In this document: positions 19,001 to 31,052 of the stretch, piece after piece | How the letters are laid out: each line of letters starts with the position of its first letter | Numbering within the stretch: position 1 is the first letter of the stretch | Assembly (NCBI RefSeq): GCF_018350175.1 | Contig: NC_058383.1 | Coordinates: 22,818,001-22,882,000, forward strand | Direction of reading: 5' to 3' | DNA length: 64,000 nucleotides | Source: Felis catus | Taxonomy: Eukaryota | The notes under the pieces: model-generated | What the model was told of the DNA's origin: nothing | The model's database searches: none | Seen by the model: the letters and a program-made list of their open reading frames with translations, nothing else | Program-made: the position numbers and the translations under genes

Positions 19001-22000
19001 GCCATGAGGGAGGGCCAGCTCAGTCCTGGGCAGGTAGGGTTCCACCTTCGGTTCCCCTCGGCTGCGGCCGTACCACCAGCACCCCGATGGATGTCTCCGT
19101 CCCGGACATGGCGTAGATGCCCTCGTCTTTGATGAAGGGGTATGACCTCTGCTCATGGAGCATCAGCCGGGCGCCGGCCGTGGACGTGAGGAAGGGCACA
19201 TAGTCGTCCTGGCCTATGTCCAGGATCAGCTTCAGGCCTGTGGGAAGGTGGGGCCGAGGGCTGCCTGAACTCGCTCCCCAAGGCTGAAGGGAGACCCATC
19301 AGCCACTTATCCAAGCCCCCAGCCCCAGAGCCCAGGGGACCTCCAGGGCCCATCCAGGAAACTGGCTCCACCTTGCAAAAATGAGACTCCTTGCCTTCTC
19401 CAAGGCCCCCGTCCTAGCCCAAGCCACCATGTCTCCCCTCTACCCCCATGATCTCTTTTCCACGTGGCAGGTAGATCCAGGGGTACAGCGCAGCACCGGC
19501 CCACCTCAAATCACATGAGTCCTCATTCCCTTCATTAAGTCCCACTTGGCCTCCATGCTCCTGCCTGCTGCTGGGCCATTACAGATGCTTCAAGAACACT
19601 GTTCCCTTTACTCTGGAATTACGTCCCTACCTTAACCCTCCAAGATCCTCCTGCTCTTCCTTCGGATCTCAGCCTGAGTCACTTCCTCCAGAAGCCTTCC
19701 CTGACTACCAAGACAAGGTCTCAGGGTCTTTACTCTTTGCTCTTCTAGCTCTGGAACTTTCCTCCCAAGTATGTGCCTCCCTTACATGATTCTTTTATTG
19801 TCGGTCTTCCTTCCCCATTCGACAGTTCCCTTCTTGTGCACAGAGACCAGCCCCCAATGTTATGCACCATAAGACTATGCTGGGTGGGTAGGACAACAGG
19901 CTAGTATTTATCGAGCACTTGCTATGTGCCGAGTGCTGGGCCCAAGTACCTTATTATACATGATCTCACTGGCGTTCACAAAAGCAAAGCTGCTATTCTT
20001 ATCCCCATTTTGTAGGTGAGGAAACCAAGGCACAGAGAGGTGAAGAGACTTGTCCGGGGTCACCCAGCGAGAAAGGGTAATTGTTGGGGTTCTAACACAG
20101 GCAGCTGAGCTCCTTAGTCTCAATCGTCTGCCGTGAAGTGAGTTGACCGGTACCTCTGTGATGCACAGAGATTTCAGGGACATAATGGCTGGTTGAAGGG
20201 AGGTCCGTAGCCCCCTGTACCCCTTTTGACCAACAGCCCTGATAGTTAGAATGACAGCCTGCCTCTTGGAGTCTGGGGAGGTCAGAAGCTCATGGGAGGA
20301 AGGATTGCTCCCACCTGTCCCTGGCTCACAGCCGGAATGCCGAAGCCATCCTGAGGCCACCGTGAGTCTTTCCCCAGAGACGGACCAATGCAGTGGCCTC
20401 TGTCATCGATCACTTCCCCTTCCCCTGCTTCCATTAATCCTTCACCCTCTCTCTGTCTTGTTCAAGAACTTGGTTTAGCAATGAGGCTAAGTAAGAGTAT
20501 AGGCTATGCAACATGTTAACTGTGTGCTCTTGGACAAGTTAACTTAAACCTTCCAAGAATATCCGGCATGTACTGAGCATTTCGCATTTGCCCGGCACAG
20601 TACTGAGCAGGTGGCTGCATTATGTCACAGTGATTCCACGAGCTATATACAATATGCTCTATGATGCTACCATATACTGTCTCTGGAGAGACCAAGGCTT
20701 CCAGAAGTTCAGTCTGGATCTCAGGATTACCTGGGGGGTCAGCGGTAGGGAGTTTTCACTCGCGCACGGGAGCCTGAGTTCCTGACCCCTGCCTGAGCTG
20801 TACTGCTTCTGAATCCTCACCTTGCTGATCAGCAAAATGGGAACCTCAGTCTCCACCCCAGGTGTTTACGGGAGTTGAAGGTGATAAAGGAAATTTTCAA
20901 CTTTTAACATACCTCGGCCCTGCTTTCAGGCTCCCAGGGAGGCTGTACTTTAACATTTACCAGGGTTGGGGCACCTGGGTGGCGCAGTCGGTTAAGCGCC
21001 CGACTTCAGCCAGGTCACGATCTCGCGGTCCGTGAGTTCGAGCCCCGCGTCAGGCTCTGGGCTGATGGCTCAGAGCCTGGAGCCTGTTTCCGATTCTGTG
21101 TCTCCCTCTCTCTCTGCCCCTCCCCCGTTCATGCTCTGTCTCTCTCTGTCCCAAAAATAAACTTTGAAAAAAAAAAAATTAAAATTAACATTTACCAGGG
21201 TCAAAATGACTCCACCAAAACCTCAGGCTCTATTTCTGGCCCCAGCACACATTGTACATCTACTTTGTTAAAACAAATAACCAAAAAGGAGCATTCCAAA
21301 TATAAAGGAAAAAAAAAAAAAACCCTCCCTGGTTCCCATAAGATTAAAGTCATACAGTCTTGCAGATACTAAAAACATAAGATAAAGTCTGTAACTTTCT
21401 GGAACGTTCTTCATCATGATGGTTTGTAACTGTTGATGTAAAAAACATATATAACCCTGCACCAAACTTCCTTTCCCGGTGCACTCCCTTCCTTGTCAAG
21501 ACCGTGTATCCCAGGCAGCTGTCCTAACGTGGGCTCGAATGAAACTCTTCCTTTCTCTTTAAAATTTTTAAAAAGTTTTGTTCATTTTGTGTGGACAAGG
21601 GAATGGCTCCCCACGCACCGAACAGGTTGCCCTTCCCTGTGCTGCCTCCTGTCTAATCCAGGCCCTGACCCTCGACAGCTGATGGTCCTTTGGTCTTTTA
21701 GCCCCACGTGGTGGGGATTTAAAGCCCCATGGCTCTGACCCCAGGATGAACCAAGACTCACCAAACTCAGCTCCGGGGTTGGCTGAAGGGAGCGCCTTCT
21801 CTGTCATGCCCCAGTTGAAGATATAACAGTTGCCATAATCAGGGTGGAAGATGGACGTGAAGTTCCTGAAAGAAACACCATCAGCTAGAGATCAGGGCCC
21901 ACCCAGCAGGTGCCTCCCTGAGTGTCTGTGGTCTGGGGCCTGGCAGAGCGGAGCTGGGAGGATCCGACAGGTGGGCTGGGCAAGCCGGGAACTCACATAG

Positions 22001-24679
22001 AGAGAAAGGTGGCTGAGACGGTGGGTCAGAGAGGGGGTGAGTCGGGAGAGGGCCAAACAGAGGCCGGGGAAAGAGAAGGCTTTATAATGAGGCATGTGGA
22101 ACCCTATACAGGGTCCTCTCTGATATCCTGGAAAGGTTTCCTAAGGAAATAAATTAACAATAACAACAAATGTTTCCATAAAGATGCTCGCGGCAGTAGC
22201 AACGGTATAATGCAGTTTCAAAAGAATTCAGAATCACTCACCATCAGGGAGATACAAATCAAAATCACAATGAGATACCACCTTACACCTGTCAGAATGG
22301 CTAACAGTAACAACTCAGGCAACAACGGATATTGGCGAGGATGTGGAGAAAGAGGGTCTCTTTTGCAGTGTTGGTAGCAATGCAAACTGGTGCAGCCACT
22401 CTGGAAAACAGTATGCAGGTTCCTCAAAAAATTAAAAACAGAACTACCCTATGACCCAGCAATTGTGCTACTAGGCATTTATCCAAGGTATACAGGTATG
22501 CTGTTTCGAAGGGACACATGCACCCCCATGTTTATGGTAGCACTATCAACAATAGCCAAAGTATGGAAAGAGCCCAAATGTCCATCGATGGATGAGTGGA
22601 TAAAGAAGACGTGGTATATATATACAATGGAGTATACTCAGCAATCAAAAAGAATGAAATCTTGCCATTTGCAACTACGTGGATGGAACTGGAGGGTATT
22701 ATGGTAAGTGAAATTAGAGGAAGACAAATCCTATGACTTCACTCATATGAGGACTTTAAGAGACAAAACAGATGAACATAAGGGAAGGGAAACAAAAGTA
22801 ATATAAAAACAGGGAGGGGGACAAAACAGAAGAGACCCTTAAACATAGAGAACAAACAGTGTTGCTGGAGGGGTTGTGGGAGGGGGGATGGGCTAAATGG
22901 GTCAGGGGCACCAAGGAATCTACTCCTGAAATCATTGTTGCACTATATGCTAACTAATTTGGATGTAAATTTTAAAAAATAAAAAATAAGATTAAAAAAA
23001 AGAATTCAGTTATAAAAAGACTTTTTCGGATATGGAACATTTCAAACACACACAAAAAGGTCGAGACAAAACCCACCGCCAGCTTCCAGAATCATCACCA
23101 CATGGCCACTAATGCTTCATCTCTACCCGCCCCGCCCCACCTCCCTTCCATATTATTTTCAAGCAAATCTCAGACATCATATTATTTGTAAACATTTCCA
23201 GATGTAGCTTGGAAAGTGAGAACTCTCTTGAAAATACAGCTATTACCATGTTAAACATAACCAACAAAAATCCCTTAAGATTAAATATTCAGTTCAAAGT
23301 TCAATTGTCTCTTCAATGTCAATTTTTACAATTTATTTGTTTAAATTGGGATGCAAATGAGGTTAAGGTGACTGGTTGATATGTCTTTCAAGTTTCTTCT
23401 AATCTATGGCTCCCTCCAGCTTTTTTTTTCTTCTTCTTGTAATATAGCTGTTAAAACAGTTCTGGTTTGAAGAGGCAGTGATACAATGAGATCATTTCAC
23501 AACCCTGACGAATGAATGGCTTTGGGCAGTGCACCCTGGTGGGCCAATGCTGCGTGTCTCCTGAGGGAAGAGCACAGGCTGCCGAGGAGGTGGCCTTGCG
23601 AATAAAAAGTAAAAATCAGGGGCACCTGGGTGGCTCAGTCAGTTAAGCGTCTGACACTTGGTTTTGGCTCAGGTCATGAACTCACAGTTCGTGCGTTTGG
23701 GCCCCACACTGGGGCTCTGTGCTGACAGTGCAGAGCCTGCTTGGGATTCTCTCTCTCTCCCCCTCTCTCTGCCCCCCCCCTTTCTCCAAAAATAAATAAA
23801 TAAAGTTAAAAATAAATAAATAAAAATCAGCCCCAAACAGGACCATGCATCTGTCTCTAACCACCATTTATGAGAAATACTGGAGACAGAGGAACAGGTT
23901 CAAAGTCACCACAGCAAGTCAACCTGCAAAATCCAGACCTTGGGGAATGAAACAGGATAAACAACCCAGTTTCTTCAACAAACGCACTGCGAGAGAGGAG
24001 AAGGGACACAGGCTCTAGATTAATAGAAATTTTACAGACTTGGGTCACAATCACAACATGCTGCCTTTAGTTATATCCTGATTCACACAAGCAAACAGGC
24101 AAAAAGGTATAAATGACATGAGCATGAAGATGATTGGGCAGTTGATGGTGTTGAGGAATTATTGTTAATTTTTTTTCAGGTGGGATAATGGTATTATGGT
24201 TTGATTTTTTTTTTTTTAAGTCTTTCTCTTTTGCAGATATGTTCTGAACTATTTACAGCTGAAAGACCCTGGAGTCTAGGCTTTGCTGCAAAATGGATGG
24301 GAAGGGAAGTGAGTTGTGGCCATGGGCTCTGGCTTCCTTGTGAGGTCATCATACTCTATTCTGTCTGTAGGTATATCCTCAGGTCCCCATAAGGAATCAC
24401 TTTAAAAACGTCTTTGTGTGCTTTTTATTTTGTTTTTCTTATTTTATCTAATTCTTTTTTCTTGTTTTTAATGTTTATTTTGAAAGAGAGAGAGGGAGAG
24501 AACGAGTGGGGAAGGGGCAGAGAGAGAGGGAGACACAGAATCCGAAGCAGACTCCAGGTTCTGAGCTGTCAGCACAGAGCCCGATGCGGGGCCCAAACTC
24601 ACAAACTGCAAGATCATGACCTGCGCTGAAGTTAGATGCTTAACTGAGCCACCCAGGTGCCCCCCCCCTTTTTTTTAAT

Positions 24680-24725
<46 letters not shown>

Positions 24726-27700
24726 AAGCTCAGGGGAAAGGGGCAGAGGGAGAGAGGAAGAGAATCCCAAGCAGGCTGCACACTGAGCGTGGAACCCAAC
24801 ATGGGACTAGATCCCATGACCCTGGGATCATGACCTGAGCCAGAATCAAGAGTTGGATGCTCAACCAACTGAACCACCCATGTGCCCATGTTTTTCTCAC
24901 TTTATTAAAAATAGGAAGGAAGGGGGCTGAGCGCAGAAACAGCAACAGAAATGGAGCATTGTCTTCTAAGCCCTGTATTTTGAAACACAGACGATGCAAA
25001 CCTTGCAGGGGCCAGCCCCGTGCTGCACATTTCTGTGTACCTTCTCCCATTCGATCCTCAAAATAACCCCACGAGGTCAGCTGATATTTGCCCCTGTGCT
25101 CAGATTAGGAAGCCATTTCCTCCAACTCTGGCCTCACCCTCTGTGCTGGCAGAACGAGGTGGGTCCGGGGCAGGCTGGGAAATCCAAGCTGGGAGCTGAC
25201 CCTGGCGGACAGATTTGAGCTGCTTTCTCAACCTCTGAGCTTCGGTGTTCTCGACCGTGAAAGGGAAATCAGGAAGAAACCAATTTCTTCATCCAACAAG
25301 TGTTTACTGAGGCAGGTACTGGGCTGAGGACACCTGAGGTGAACAAGAGTCCAGCCCTGGAAGGTCACCATGTGGCTGGGGATACGGAGTGGTGGGGGGA
25401 ACTCAGCAGCGTCCTGTCGACGCTGTCCTTCCAGAATGTGCCTCTGGCCCTGTCCACTTCTCCCCATCTCTGAGGCTCCCCCTGCACTCCCTGTGCAAAG
25501 TCCCTTCCCTGCCCGGGTGCTTGATCATTTCTACTGCTTATTCCCTGCTAGCACGCGTCAAAATCTGAAATGATCTTTATTTAACTGCTTGCTTATCAGC
25601 TGTCTCCTGCATTAGAAGGTAAGCCCAGGGAGGGCAGCTGTCTGTCTTGAGGGAGAAAGCATTCAGAGGCTAACACCCCAGGCCTGGGAGCCAGCCTGCC
25701 TGAATTCAAATTTTGGCTCTGTCACTGAGTAGCTGGTGAGCTTTCCCTGTGCCTCACCTTCCTCACCTGTAACGCCAGGATTATAATAGCACCCACCCAA
25801 GAGGACTAAGGCGAGGGCTGGATGCCGAGCATCTGGAAATACTCAACAAAAGCAGGCCGCTCCTACTGCTCAGAGGCTGGCCCACGGTAGACAGACACTT
25901 AGTAAATATTTGTTGGGTAAATTATAATATGTGATAAGGGTATCAGCAGAGATAAGCATAGAGGAGTGACACCTAATTCTCGCTGGGGTGTGTGTAGGGA
26001 TGAGGATCATGGAAGGGTTCTTGGAGGAGGCAAGGCCTGAGCTGAGACTTTTTCTTTTTTTTTTTTTTAATTTTTTTTTCTCAACGTTTATTTATTTTTG
26101 GGACAGAGAGAGACAGAGCATGAATGGGGGAGGGGCAGAGAGAGAGGGAGACACAGAATCGGAAACAGGCTCCAGGCTCCGAGCCATCAGCCCAGAGCCT
26201 GACGCGGGGCTCGAACTCACGGACCGCGAGATCGTGACCTGGCTGAAGTCGGATGCTTAACCGACTGCGCCACCCAGGCGCCCCAAGACTTTTAAGGATG
26301 ACTAAGAGGTAGGGGCTAGAGAGGAGAAAGGGCACATCACACAGGGGGCACAGCATAGGCAAAGGCCCGGGGGGGGGGCGGGGAGAAATGGCTTTGGGCG
26401 GGCATCACAGAGCCTGCGTCGGTGTAGGATCAGGGCTCTGGCCACAGGAGGAACACAGCAGGGCAAACTGGCTAAAGCCGGGCGCTGTTCTGGAGGGAGA
26501 GACCCCGCCCCAGGGTGTGGGGACACAGTGTTCCCAAGAAATGGTCTCCGACATCTGCAACCCAGGGCGCGGTCGGATCCCCTTCTGCCCAGGGTTGTGC
26601 TCTCGGCTTCACCGTAGGCGCCAACTATTTGCTTGTGGCCAACGCCCTTTACCTGGAGAGGCTTCTCCCAGTGCTGGCCCACTCTTGCTCCAGAGCCAGG
26701 CATTCCCCCCTCCCACCAAAAAAACCTTCTTGGGACAGGTGCAAGGCGTGTAGACGGTGACCAGCAAACCCCCGGAAAGGACGGAGACACAGAGCGTCCC
26801 CGGCAGGAAGATGAACAGTGGTGCTGTATGGCAGAGGTCAGGAAGGGCTCCCGAGGGCAGAAGCTAGCGAGCCAGATGGAGCAGTGATGACGATGATGCT
26901 TATATATGCCTAGGTCCTGGCTTCTAGATGCCATTGCCCAATAAAAGGAACCAGGGCTCCCCAGAGAAATGGCTGATTCTAGGGCATGGGGCATCTTGAG
27001 GTGCTAGAAAGTAAGGAAGTACTAAAAAAAAAAAAAAGAGTGATGGGGACATGTCAAAAAGACACAGGAGCCAACACAAGGAGCTGCTACTGGCCAAAGC
27101 TGGAAGAATTTGAGTAAGAAAATAAATAATGTGGTATTGGGTTACAACCCCAATACACACAAGCCCATACCAGTAGAAATGACTGAATAAACAAACACAT
27201 GGGGAAGAGAGAAATCTTCCCCACAGAAGACTTCCAAAGAGTCTACATTCTCCTCTCCAGGGGACCAGGAGCTGCCTGCCACCCCCCTGCCCCCAGAAGG
27301 TGACCTCAATTTAGCGACTTGCTTCCACACAGGGCCTGGGAAGGGAAGTGGTCACCTGACGACGGGGGAACGTGGCACCCATAGCTTAACCAAGTGAGGA
27401 AGGTCAACATCACGGGTGGTGTCGTGTGGCTGACGTGTTCCCCACCCCGCCCAGGATACGAAGTGACGAGGGGGTCGCTCGCCTTGTGCTCTTCTTCCCC
27501 CCAAACCCGTCTGATCTGTATACACCCAAGTCAAGGACTTGCCCTAAAACACCTGCCAAGTACTCTGAAACTGTCATGGTCAACCCAAACAAAGAAGCCC
27601 GAAAAACCGTGACAGGGTTTCTGCACGAAATGGGGTCTCCCGGATGGAATCCCGGAACAGGGAAAGGTCACCAGGAAACACTGCTGAATCCTCAAGAACG

Positions 27701-30700
27701 TGTCAAATTTAGTTAATAGCAATATGCCAATATTAGTTTCTTAGTTTTGACAAATCACCATGGTGACAGAAGATGTCAACAACGGCGGGGGGGGGCGGGG
27801 AGGGGTACAAGGGAACCAACCGTATATACTCTCCTTGCAACATTTCTGTAAACCTAAGATTATTCCACACTAAAAAGTTGACTTTAAAAAAATGCTCATA
27901 TATTATTTACTATGTGGGAGGTACTGTTCTAAGCACTTTACATCATTTAATCCCCTATAAGGCTATTTCACTCTCCCCATTTTCCAGATGAGAAAACTGA
28001 GGCCCAGAGAGGCAAAGTAGCGTGCCCAACAGCACCCAGAGCTAGCATTCAAATCGAGGCACTTTGGCATCAGGGTCCAGATGTGGCTCATATTTTCCCA
28101 ATTGCAGCTGCTGCTTCTTGAGCATTTGCCACATTCGAGAGAGAAAGGACAGGGTCAGAAGGAGCGAGGAAGCAGAGGCCACGGTGTTTGGAGCGCAGCG
28201 TTGGGAGGGCAGAGAGAGGCACGTGTCCTCTGGCACCACGTCTGAGGCTGACTCAGGAAGGCAGGTGACAAATAACAGGCTTGGGAGAAGGGGGCAGGGA
28301 GGGAAGACTATCTGGTTTTCTGACAGGCGAGGTGACCCAGACTGCCATCTCTGCCTCTCAGCGGCTGTGTGGCCTCAGAGGCGTCGCTTAACCTCTCTGG
28401 GCCTCGGTTGCATCATAGAAAATGGGCTGACACAACAGTACCTTTCTCACGGGCCTGTGGCCGTGGTTAAATGAATTTTATACATGTGATATGCTAAGAA
28501 TAGCACCTGACACATCAGAAGGGCTCAATAAATGTTAGCATTATTATTGGATAATGAGTTCCCTGTCAAATGTGGGTTTAATGACAGTAACAACTATTAT
28601 TTATTGAGGCCAACACTGCCGTCAGCATATTAACTCATTTACTACCCAAAATAACCCTGCAGAGTGGGCATGTCATTACCCCATTTTACAGAGGAGGAAA
28701 ACAGAGGCCCATCAAGCTTCAACTTGTTTAAAGTCACACAGCTTGTCAGACAGCAAGGATTTGCACCCAGTGGTCTAACCACACCGCCCAGCCTTGACCC
28801 CTTCACTAGAGTCACTCCCCAGCCACAGCCACACCACAGAAGTTGTGTGGCCAACGCTGGGTGTTTTGCCTGCCCCAAAGCCACGCGAATGCGTATCTCC
28901 TGACACTGGGATCCCGCTCAACGGCAGAAGAGCACACGTCGGGCATCAGGAACCTGTAGTAGATCCCAACAGACCCTCACGGACCCTGCTTGCCCACCTC
29001 ACACACCAGCCAGGGCTATTCTCACTGAGCCGAGGGGTCACGTACTTGACGTCACGGTTTTCCATCCCTCTCCAGCTGAGAGGGTGAAGGTGAATGCGTG
29101 GATGTGACACTGGTGACCCGGGCACTTGCAGCCTTATGGGGGAGCTGCCAGGAGCGGCTAGCCAGGGGTGCCCTGAGCAAAGGCTGCTGGCTGAGAGCGA
29201 GGGGTCAAAATCTAGCCTGCGACCTGCTAGCCGAGTGGCCGCCGAGGGCAGGACACGTCCTGTACTTTTCCACCTGCGGGCCACGCTTTTCCAGTTCACA
29301 CCTGTGGCCAGGTGTGCAGCTCGCCAGCTCGGGGGGCCCCGGATTCCTTGATGTTTGCCTGCAAAATGCCTGCCCCTGTGCGTCTAGGGGACAGAGGGTC
29401 CCACAGCGTTCAGCACATTCTCAATAGAGCTTCCTGAAGGCTCACGGCTTGAGGGGGCTGTGCCTGAGCCCAGGGGTGACGCCGGAAGCCTGTCACTCGT
29501 GAGAAGCGGCAGGACTCCGTGGACTTCTCCCGAGCCTGAGGTATGAGACCACGAAGCCCCAGACAAACAAGACCCAGCAGGGGCGCCTGGGTGGCTCAGT
29601 CAGTTAGGCGTCTGACTTTGTCTCTGTTCATGATCTCACGGTTCGTGAGTCCGAGCCCCGTGTCGGGCTCTGTGCTGACAGCTCAGAGCCTGGAGCCTGC
29701 TTCCGATTCTGTGTCTCCTTCTCTTTCTGTCCCTCTCCCACTCACACTCTGTCTCTCTCTCTCAAAAATAAAGGTTAAAAAAAAAAAAAAAAAGACCCAG
29801 CACTAGTGGGACGCAGGGGCGGCAGAGGAAGCAGGGATCTGAGGACCACTGGAAGAGCCGCAGGCTTTTGGGGTGAACGTTATTCTCACTCTGCCATCCT
29901 CTCAACCTTGGGGGCTGTCAGGGAAGAGCCTGGGACAGCGAACACTCCCAGGACCCCGTTCTAAGCACAGACCTGAGCCAACTCTGCTACCCTCCTGGGC
30001 AGCCTGGGAGGTGGGCGGTCCGGGATGACAAAACTGAGGGCAGCAGATGCCCGGTGACGGTCCAGAACCCTCGCCGCTGGATGTTGGACGCTAACAACAC
30101 CCAGCTCACAGCTGCCCCCTCTCCAGGGAAGTTTGGGGACCCCCGCATCCTCCTGGGGGGCCCGTGGCCCGTGAGGGGCGGATGCGCCAGGGACAAAAGT
30201 CTGGCCCCTCAAGTGAGGGAGGAGCACCCTGTGGTGTGGTCCATGCTCCAGATGCCCGGGGACCAGGCCTACGCGTCACCTGAGACAGCAGCCTCACTCA
30301 GTTCATCCCGCTTTCCTTACAGACGCGTCCTAACACCATTCCGTCAGCACGTCAGGGGCCTTCGACATATCCCTAACTCAGGCTCTGTCTCCGGAAAATA
30401 CGACCAGAGACACTGAGGCACAGAAAACTGGTGCAGGTGGCTGGTCGGTGGCCGGGCCGTGACCTCGAGCAGGCCCGGGGAAGGCTTGGGGTGCCTCTCA
30501 CCTGTAGCTGCACGGCTCCGGCCCAAACAGGCATGCCAGGATCAGCCGCTCGGCAGGGTAGCCCATCTCCACCAACTCCTGGTTTGGCACCTGCGAGAAG
30601 ATGTTGGTGGCCTGCAGGAGGTACCACTCTGTCACAGCCCGGGTGGCGCTGGTGAAGTTCCGGAAAGTGCACACGGTCCCGTTGAGGCTGCACTGCAGAG

Positions 30701-31010
30701 GCCGAGAGGGGTTCTTGTGGGTGCGGGGACTGCAGCAGGCCCCAGCCACTGCCCCAAGGGCAAGGGTTTTGCCAGCTGCCCCTCCCCTGGCTGCACCTGG
30801 GCGTTGGGCCGGTGGGGAATGTGTTTCCATGGTGCTCACGATGTTCAGGGGCTGTCCCCGCACACACAGTTGAGCGGTCATGGACTCCCACGCAGTCGCC
30901 GGCCGCCCCTATGTGTGGCCTCGTACATGACCGAATACACACGTGCACATGGACACACAGACGGACATCCGCTTCCTGACCTCCGCAGCCACGTGATGTA
31001 ATGGTCCCGA

Positions 31011-31052
<42 letters not shown>

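Noticed and set aside
19593..19605. AGAACA-c-TGTTCC as a steroid response element
   Set aside because: Spacer is 1 nt rather than the 3 nt of a classical GRE/MRE
20968..21060. tRNA-like A/B box sequences here and in other SINE heads
   Set aside because: Heads of tRNA-derived Can-SINEs followed by CT repeat, A tail and TSD; not tRNA genes
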